From: a virus
Virus record (IMG/VR): IMGVR_UViG_3300045993_000562
Coordinates: 12,148 to 76,147 of that record
DNA: 64,000 bases
Reading direction: 5' to 3' (one strand)
Shown: positions 57,477 through 64,000 of the stretch, piece by piece
Layout: each line of letters begins with the position of its first letter
Position numbering within the stretch: position 1 is the first letter of the stretch
The notes under the pieces: generated by a model
Told to the model about the DNA's origin: nothing
Databases searched by the model: none
Seen by the model: only the letters and a program-made list of their open reading frames with translations
Made by a program: the position numbers and the translations under genes

Positions 57477-57686
57477 TTACCTCCTTATTTGTCTGGTTAT
57501 GGGGTCCCAGTTTCCAGCAGGATTCTGACCGCAGTCAGTCCATACTACCGTTGAGCCGTGAGGCACGTTACCAGGCTGACTACCCATACATACCGGTGTG
57601 TCTGGTACTTCTGAGTGTACCAACATTACCCCTACCAACAGGGCCGAAATGATTGCTGCCACGCCAATAGCTTTAAGTGTTTCCAT
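57477..57686 (-). CDS. Small membrane/exported protein
   Basis: 69 aa, N-terminal TM; promoter motif at 57730. Confidence 0.55.
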   Translation of the reverse strand: METLKAIGVAAIISALLVGVMLVHSEVPDTPVCMGSQPGNVPHGSTVVWTDCGQNPAGNWDPITRQIRR

Positions 57687-57760
57687 TCCTACTTCCTCCT
57701 GTGTGAGTAAATCGGTCTGTTACAATATACTTATACCAACACGGGAGGGTTTAATTGACC

Positions 57761-58381
57761 TTAACGCAGGGCTTTTAAGGAGTCGTAAACACTTATTACT
57801 TTAGTGTAGTACTCTTCGTTAAAGTTGCCTATACGGTAGTTAGTGGGGCCTGCGTTATACGCTAGTAAGGTAGATCTAATGTTACCGAACATACCATAAT
57901 ACTCCTCGTACACTCTAGACCCTACTTCCATGTTGACATACATGTTGAAAACATCCCTACCACGAAGTTTAGTGAGGTGAGACTTCTCCTCTACTTGCAT
58001 TAAGCCGAATGAGCCGTTGTTAGAGGCGTTTAGGTTGAAGTGGGATTCTACTGAGATGATGGCCAGAATCATCTCTGACTCCGTGTACTTTAGTTTTCTC
58101 TCCATATTGCGGGAGTTAATGACTATCTTACGTATAGAGTCTTTAGATCGTCGCTTATGCATAGACTGATACAGGAACTCAGTTAGAGACTCTACTCTGT
58201 CTACTTTACTATCCTGTGGCCCTATTATATCCGCCACTAGCCTCTCAGTAGCCCGGCTTATAGCTTCTGTTTCTGTACTTGGTGTTACCATACTTCCATA
58301 GAATACATTGAGATTACTGGAGTTAACTGAGGAACACCATAATACTGTCGTAAGGATAATACTTATTAATAATCTATACAT
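57761..58381 (-). CDS. Lytic transglycosylase (SLT) with N-terminal signal
   Basis: AIISVES.FN..A, GLMQV, AYNAG. Confidence 0.88.
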   Translation of the reverse strand: MYRLLISIILTTVLWCSSVNSSNLNVFYGSMVTPSTETEAISRATERLVADIIGPQDSKVDRVESLTEFLYQSMHKRRSKDSIRKIVINSRNMERKLKYTESEMILAIISVESHFNLNASNNGSFGLMQVEEKSHLTKLRGRDVFNMYVNMEVGSRVYEEYYGMFGNIRSTLLAYNAGPTNYRIGNFNEEYYTKVISVYDSLKALR

Positions 58382-58423
58382 CTGCGTCTCCTTAAATAAG
58401 GTGCGTATATGTGCACATTTTTC

Positions 58424-60244
58424 TTATACCACAAAACTGTTAAGTTCTGTAGTCAGCTTAGTAGCTATATCTACAAGCATATCAGTCCGTATAGATACCT
58501 TATCACTAAGTATCTGTTCTATACTTCTCTCCACTGCCGTATTGGTAAGTATCAGGTAATACTCACATTTATGGTTCTGACCTATTCGGTGTATCCTATC
58601 CTGTTGCTGCATGAATACTTCCAGGCTATAGTTAAGACTATAAAACACCTCAGTAAACACTTCAGGTGATACGTCTGGCAAGGCTTCCACGTTCATAGAC
58701 TCTAGCTTATCAGGACTACTACCTAACACCGTTATACCGTAGTTGACTGACTTTGCCTGACATACTAACCAACGTATAGTCGGGTCTCTATTGAACTCCC
58801 TAACCTTATCCCCTATATGTTTCTCCCCGCCTTTTATCGTTGAGAACTTCTCACCCCTAGACTCTAGTAGTGAATGTATAAGAGTATATTCTGCTTGCAT
58901 GTTGAACCAGATTATAGCTTTTCTAGATTTTAGCTCGTTATCCAGTAGACTGTTAAGTGCTGCTATCTTAGGCTGTTCAGGCATAAAGACAGTTTTCCTA
59001 TCCTTAGCTTTCTTAACCTCTATATCCCCTATCTCCGGCAGTAGCTCAAAGGCCTCTTCCCTATCTTTGGAGATATACACAAATCCATTAGCTACTTGAT
59101 ATAGCTTACTAATCATCACTAAGGGGTTATCAATGTCTAAGGTCTCACCCTCGATTTGAGTCGTGTAATTCCTAGACAGTTCACTATATATCCTACGTTG
59201 TTCATCAGATAGTTGTGTATACCTTTTATGGAACGTCTTACCCGGGAGTTCCAGCCACTCATCCTTCGTCATTACTATACAGCAGGACTCAAGAATAGCT
59301 CTGGCTTCGTCTATGTCCCGGTATCCTACTATGAACTTAACGTTTGAATCCTTAGGCCCCTTACTTATGGTGTACCTATCCTTGAAGTGGTAGTAGTTAG
59401 TCCCCACTAGTGAAGGCTCTAAGTACCTCACGGGGGCGTACATGTCTAGTACTGAGTTATTTATCAAGGTTCCAGATCCACCGCACTTATATGGTATCAC
59501 CTTGCTTATATCCGTCATAGCCTTGGTACGCTCAGTGGAGTTATCCTTTATTAGGAACTCGTCTAGGTGTATGAACTCAAATCCAACCGCCTTAAGTTGA
59601 TCTTTGAATGTCACCGACCTACTGTAGTTTATTACTGTAACATCATGGGATTCTATCTCAACCTTTTCCCGTTCCCAGGTGGCGTCTAGGTCCACTACGT
59701 ACGAGGTCTTCTTCTTACCCTCTTCATCGACGGTTTTAACGGGAACTTTCATAGTTTCCCCAAATACGTGTACGCTTAAGTCATTACGATGTATCTCTGC
59801 CTCGTCTTCCCATACGAATAGTAGAGGCTTGGGACAAACAACCAACGTCCTTTTGAACCCCATAAGCTTGATGTAGTCCAATACTACCTTGGACTTACCC
59901 ATACCAGGATCTAGGAGTAGACCCCCACTACCTACTGTGTACATATATCTAAGTGCTATTAGTTGATGCTTCAGAGGTTTAGTCTTGAATGTAAACTCAG
60001 GTGGTAACTCCAGTAAAGCCATGTCAGACTGTATAAACTGCATTACATCCTCAGCTACTACTACACCTTTAAACTTCTTCAGGAGACGGCTTATCAAATT
60101 ATATGCCACGTGTTTCCTGGCAGGCATAACGTACGATACGCCGTTCTTAATTAATCCTGGGAATTTATATAATGCTGAGTAGTCTGTAGCTTTGTCGCAG
60201 GTGACTATTATTGATGTTTTATCTTGGCTAAATCTAATTTGCAT
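58424..60244 (-). CDS. SNF2-family helicase
   Basis: DPGMGKS, LVVCP, LDE, SGT, QQQDRIHRIGQ. Confidence 0.88.
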   Translation of the reverse strand: MQIRFSQDKTSIIVTCDKATDYSALYKFPGLIKNGVSYVMPARKHVAYNLISRLLKKFKGVVVAEDVMQFIQSDMALLELPPEFTFKTKPLKHQLIALRYMYTVGSGGLLLDPGMGKSKVVLDYIKLMGFKRTLVVCPKPLLFVWEDEAEIHRNDLSVHVFGETMKVPVKTVDEEGKKKTSYVVDLDATWEREKVEIESHDVTVINYSRSVTFKDQLKAVGFEFIHLDEFLIKDNSTERTKAMTDISKVIPYKCGGSGTLINNSVLDMYAPVRYLEPSLVGTNYYHFKDRYTISKGPKDSNVKFIVGYRDIDEARAILESCCIVMTKDEWLELPGKTFHKRYTQLSDEQRRIYSELSRNYTTQIEGETLDIDNPLVMISKLYQVANGFVYISKDREEAFELLPEIGDIEVKKAKDRKTVFMPEQPKIAALNSLLDNELKSRKAIIWFNMQAEYTLIHSLLESRGEKFSTIKGGEKHIGDKVREFNRDPTIRWLVCQAKSVNYGITVLGSSPDKLESMNVEALPDVSPEVFTEVFYSLNYSLEVFMQQQDRIHRIGQNHKCEYYLILTNTAVERSIEQILSDKVSIRTDMLVDIATKLTTELNSFVV

Positions 60245-60494
60245 TTTTCTTTAAAGACTCTATATCGAATTTAATGTCCTTAAGAAACATAAGTACCTTA
60301 TCTGTTTCCACCTCTAAGTCTTTGAATGCTTTAAGCATTAGAACCATGTTTGACCTATCTTCTGTGTTAAAAGTCCAGACTCTGACTATCATATGTCTGT
60401 TATCCGTAAAAAACTGTGGATACTCACTCTCAATATAGTTGTAGTCTTTCCTGACTAAAAATTTATCATAGTCCAGATATACATACCCTATCAT
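60234..60494 (-). CDS. Hypothetical protein
   Basis: 86 aa, coupled. Confidence 0.6.
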   Translation of the reverse strand: MIGYVYLDYDKFLVRKDYNYIESEYPQFFTDNRHMIVRVWTFNTEDRSNMVLMLKAFKDLEVETDKVLMFLKDIKFDIESLKKNAN

Positions 60495-60883
60495 GCTGAC
60501 TCCTTATCAAAATTATTGTATGAAGCCTTGCATCCACTAAATAACGTAGCTTTCGCAAATCCTGGGTGTATAGAATCCATGACCGTCTCCGCCCCACGCA
60601 GGTCTTTAACTGAGAGTATGAGGATATCACTAAATATGAACTTCCTGGTTATATGCTTAGGCATGCCCGCCCAAAAGTCTATACTCTTCTCTGAGAAGTT
60701 AATATCAGTCATTACTATACTGTACCCATTTGGGTTAAATACTGATAACCAAAGAGCCACTGCGTCCTCGGTATTTATACCTGTGACCTTATCCAGTACA
60801 CGGTTACCCGTTAAGATTACTAGTCTGAATGCTCTCAGGCCATGAATTAACAGCCTAAAATAAAACGGAATTCTTCTAAACAT
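60491..60883 (-). CDS. Hypothetical protein (start uncertain)
   Basis: 130 aa ORF. Confidence 0.5.
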   Translation of the reverse strand: MFRRIPFYFRLLIHGLRAFRLVILTGNRVLDKVTGINTEDAVALWLSVFNPNGYSIVMTDINFSEKSIDFWAGMPKHITRKFIFSDILILSVKDLRGAETVMDSIHPGFAKATLFSGCKASYNNFDKESA

Positions 60884-61009
60884 CTTATACCACCTATTAA
60901 AATCGTATTGAAACTATAAGACTAGTGTATCATATCTGGAGACACCTGACAATAACACGCGAGATGATTTACGTTGCATTTTGAATCCTATCATGTTAAA
61001 CTACTTTCA

Positions 61010-62083
61010 ATGTATAAAACTTTCAAATATAGAATTAAAGACTCAAATTCATCACTAGTTAGTACTTTAACTGAGATGGGTTTCGCTGTTAATCGTGTTT
61101 GGAATAATGCAAATGAAACACAACAGAAAGCCCTTGCTCTTAAATCTAAGTATCCTTCAAGTTTTGATTTAAATAATGAAACAGCTGGGTGGGGAAAACC
61201 CTTAGGTATCTACTCAGATACTGTTCAAGAGGTTAATCAGGAATACTGTACCAGGTTATACCAATTTAAGAAACCTTATCTTAGGTGGAGGTCAAATAGA
61301 AAGAGTCTTACCTGGATCCCATTTAAGGCTAGATCAATTAAAATTGATAAAGTTACTGGAGCAGTCAGGTTTCTCAAGAACGAGTTCAATCTATTCTACT
61401 CCAGACCAATTGAGGGTGAAATCAAAACTGGCAGTATAACAAAGGATGCTAGAGGTAGGTTCTACCTGAATGTAGTCTGTAAACTACCAGATTTCGAAGG
61501 CCCAATAGAATTAAATCCCGTAGGAGTTGACCTTGGTTTAAAATCACTAGCTACTCTCAGTGACGGCACTTCTTTCGGTGCACAGAGGTATTTCAGAAAG
61601 TACCAAAGTAAGCTTGCTATGGCTCAGAGGGCAGGTAAGAAGAAACTTGCCAGAACCATTCACGCCAAGATTTCAAACAAACGTAAGGATTTCAATCATA
61701 AAGTAAGTAATGAAATAACGAATGAGTTTAGCCACATCCTCATTGGTGACGTTAAGTCTTCTGACCTAATTAAGACTAAAATCAAAGGCATGGCTAAATC
61801 AGTATATGACGTAGGCTGGTTTCAGCTTAAGTCTTTCCTTCTTTATAAGGCATTGGCCAAAGGGAAGATATGTCGAGAAGTTAGTGAGAAATGGAGTACA
61901 CAAGCATGTTCTGAATGTGGCTCCATTTCTAAGTCCTCACCCAAGGGTAGGGCTGGTTTAAATATAAGAGAATGGACTTGTCCTGACTGTAATACAACTC
62001 ATGATAGAGATGTAAATGCAGCTAAGAATATTCTCCGATCTGGACTTAGATCGCTGCAAAACAATAACTTAGTCACTATCTAA
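61010..62083 (+). CDS. tnpB: TnpB RNA-guided nuclease (IS200/IS605 family, no TnpA)
   Basis: KTFKYRI, VWN, GVDLG, TQACSEC...WTCPDC, DRDVNAAKNI; leaderless TTGCAT-N17-TAAACT-N7-ATG. Confidence 0.92.
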   Translation: MYKTFKYRIKDSNSSLVSTLTEMGFAVNRVWNNANETQQKALALKSKYPSSFDLNNETAGWGKPLGIYSDTVQEVNQEYCTRLYQFKKPYLRWRSNRKSLTWIPFKARSIKIDKVTGAVRFLKNEFNLFYSRPIEGEIKTGSITKDARGRFYLNVVCKLPDFEGPIELNPVGVDLGLKSLATLSDGTSFGAQRYFRKYQSKLAMAQRAGKKKLARTIHAKISNKRKDFNHKVSNEITNEFSHILIGDVKSSDLIKTKIKGMAKSVYDVGWFQLKSFLLYKALAKGKICREVSEKWSTQACSECGSISKSSPKGRAGLNIREWTCPDCNTTHDRDVNAAKNILRSGLRSLQNNNLVTI

Positions 62084-62126
62084 GTTAGCAGGAATCCTCG
62101 GCCTTTAGGCCTGGGGAGGAAGTCAA
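62030..62126 (+). ncRNA. TnpB omegaRNA scaffold 3' part / IS right end
   Basis: GGAATCCTCGGCCTTTAGGCCTGGGGAGGAAGTCAA, typical IS605-group right-end hairpin ending TCAA. Confidence 0.75.
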
Positions 62127-62163
62127 TATACCAAGGAATTGGATTTTAACCAAAGGACATATA

Positions 62164-63342
62164 ATGACACAAGACTTCGTAGCACAGGGTGACTCAAACT
62201 TCACAGCCATTAGGTACTACACCCAGTTTGACCCATATTTTTACTCAGTGGATAACCGCCCACTACAAGATATTGAAACCAATCTTAAGGATATTAGATC
62301 TGGCGGGGCAGATGCAGCTAGAAGAGGAGTACTAATATCTTCTTTAGCTCAAAGCATGTTGCAGAAGTACTTGATTACTCCTGGAGCCACTAGGTTCGTA
62401 ACTGGTCTAGAAGTATCATCCCCATCGACTAATGCTATTAGGGTAGCACAAGGGGCAGTATATGAGAACCACATAATATCCTCTGGATCTACTATCTCAG
62501 TAGTTAAACAGGCTATTAAACTAACAGACTCTGACTTTACGTTTACACCACCAGTCACAGTTACTCACGCTCAGACATTTACCATAGAGGGTAAATTTTT
62601 AGAACTAACTAGTGGGGACATGGCTGCTTCTACTCTACCTTATTTGGATGCAGCTAATGCTTACCTACCATCCACTCTTATACCTGGTGAATTAAAACTT
62701 CAGATTAACGTAGCTTCTGTATCCGCAGTCGCTGGTTCTCAAACCCCTCCGGCTACTACCTCTGGTTGGTTCCCTATTTATAACGTGACATTTACTCAGG
62801 GTGTAACTAATCCAGTGGTGTCTGCTCATGCTAATTCTCCAGAAATGGCAGGACTATATAAGTCGGTACGTCCAGTGGCTCATACCACCGGTGGAGCAGC
62901 ACAGTCCATTATTGATGACTCTATAGCTAACACGTTTGCAGATGCAGCTACTTCAAGCGTTCTGTTACCTCTAGCCCTGGGCCCTGAATCACTAAACCCC
63001 TTTAAACCTATTAAGGTGAAACTAAGTGTAAGCACTACTATAACTGGTGGTAACTGGGCACTACGTTTAAGATATAAGGGTTTGTCAGCAGGTGACCTAA
63101 CTACTTCAGCTAGAACCTCCAGTATTATAGCAGCTACGGCTGTTACGGCGGCAGCTAGTGCCGTGCAGCTAGTTACTCTATCTACAATAACCATACCAAA
63201 CACAGAGTTTTCTGGATTCGTAAACGGTAACTGGGTTATAAATAGGGATAGGTTAGTTGCTATTCTAGATAGAGTAGGGGCTGACGTTGCTGATACTAAT
63301 ACCGGTGTTATGAACTTATTTGAAGTCGAACTGTTTCAGTAG
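62164..63342 (+). CDS. Putative virion structural protein
   Basis: 392 aa, T/S/A/G-rich beta-type composition, NRPL motif; opposite strand to the early genes. Confidence 0.5.
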   Translation: MTQDFVAQGDSNFTAIRYYTQFDPYFYSVDNRPLQDIETNLKDIRSGGADAARRGVLISSLAQSMLQKYLITPGATRFVTGLEVSSPSTNAIRVAQGAVYENHIISSGSTISVVKQAIKLTDSDFTFTPPVTVTHAQTFTIEGKFLELTSGDMAASTLPYLDAANAYLPSTLIPGELKLQINVASVSAVAGSQTPPATTSGWFPIYNVTFTQGVTNPVVSAHANSPEMAGLYKSVRPVAHTTGGAAQSIIDDSIANTFADAATSSVLLPLALGPESLNPFKPIKVKLSVSTTITGGNWALRLRYKGLSAGDLTTSARTSSIIAATAVTAAASAVQLVTLSTITIPNTEFSGFVNGNWVINRDRLVAILDRVGADVADTNTGVMNLFEVELFQ

Positions 63343-63738
63343 GGAGTTACTTAACTTATAAACTTCTCTTAGTTCGTTAAGAATTTTAGGGGCGCTTTCT
63401 TGGTTTACACTATCCAAGAGCGTCCCTAAATTTTTGGTTAGGACTACAAATTTATCTATTATCACACCCTGCACCCTGTGCTTAGATATGCATAGTGCTG
63501 ATTTATTAACCAGTACTTCAATCTCCCTTAAGAACGTCGCATGTATAAGTGGATGCTCATGTAGGTACATAAGTTCAGAGCTAGGTACGTATGAGTCAGA
63601 CCCATTGAAGTAGTCACGTATTTGTGTGTTGCTTGCTATAGTAAAGTCCAAAGTATTCTCCAATAATCTAAAAACAGGGGTAGGATCAATTACCCCCGTT
63701 GCTACACATGTTAACACAACTACGAATAGATGTGTCAA
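63316..63738 (-). CDS. Hypothetical protein
   Basis: 140 aa. Confidence 0.5.
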   Translation of the reverse strand: MTHLFVVVLTCVATGVIDPTPVFRLLENTLDFTIASNTQIRDYFNGSDSYVPSSELMYLHEHPLIHATFLREIEVLVNKSALCISKHRVQGVIIDKFVVLTKNLGTLLDSVNQESAPKILNELREVYKLSNSLLKQFDFK

Positions 63739-63761
63739 CTGTGCCTAATTCACCGTTAACC

Positions 63762-64000
63762 TTACGACTGAACGTCGATCACGTTCATTTCTTTGCTGCT
63801 GTTGTACTTCTGGATTCCCCCGTAGATCAGGGTGCCGATTGCCACTACAGCCGTTCCGGCTGCCAACAGTGTGAAGGCGTTAGCGGCCCTCTGTACTGCG
63901 GCGTCCTTAGCGATACGATGATCGCTTTCCATTTGACGGCGCATCTCAGGAGTTATTGCGGTTCCTTCAGCTGCAGGTGCTGATGCAGGTGCTGATGCAG
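63762..64000 (-). CDS. Partial hypothetical protein with ASAP repeats and C-terminal TM
   Basis: Frame stays open to the window end: ASAPASAPAAEGTAITPEMRRQ... Confidence 0.55.
   Translation of the reverse strand, partial: ASAPASAPAAEGTAITPEMRRQMESDHRIAKDAAVQRAANAFTLLAAGTAVVAIGTLIYGGIQKYNSSKEMNVIDVQS

Noticed and set aside
2600-60845. Most plus-strand ORFs in the track
   Set aside because: Antisense shadows of well-supported minus-strand genes or tRNAs; only the sigma factor is accepted in this span
1-64000. Stop-codon reassignment
   Set aside because: Core genes are full length in code 11, all three stops are used and no suppressor tRNA was found

Overview
64 kb of a large lytic dsDNA bacteriophage genome (jumbo-phage-like), with almost all genes on the minus strand. 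The replication and nucleotide module comprises class II RNR, RuvC-like resolvase, a split UDG-exo/PolA DNA polymerase, primase-helicase, PD-(D/E)XK nuclease, DinG and SNF2 helicases, HU, dCMP deaminase, guanylate kinase and a phage sigma factor. A 536-bp iteron-bearing inverted repeat looks like the replication origin. The window also carries counter-defence and translation-rescue functions: Pnkp-Hen1 RNA repair, an Adps/Namat-type NAD+ reconstitution pair, 7 intact conventional tRNAs, a group I intron-containing tRNA-Ile(CAU), a two-piece tmRNA and an orphan TnpB. The most unusual signals are non-coding. (1) A leader-peptide attenuator whose Asn/Tyr/Thr/Pro-rich codons match the four tRNAs (Asn, Tyr, Thr, Pro) downstream of it, i.e. 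a candidate tRNA-depletion sensor. (2) A ~600-nt RNA with two circularly permuted, anticodon-less tRNA modules and YATMRT repeats behind a conserved unknown gene. (3) A 327-nt RNA mimicking the 23S rRNA uL11-binding (GTPase-associated) domain. (4) A D-arm-less tRNA-Arg(UCU) with a relocated D-loop motif. All calls were made by eye from sequence motifs; no database searches were run.
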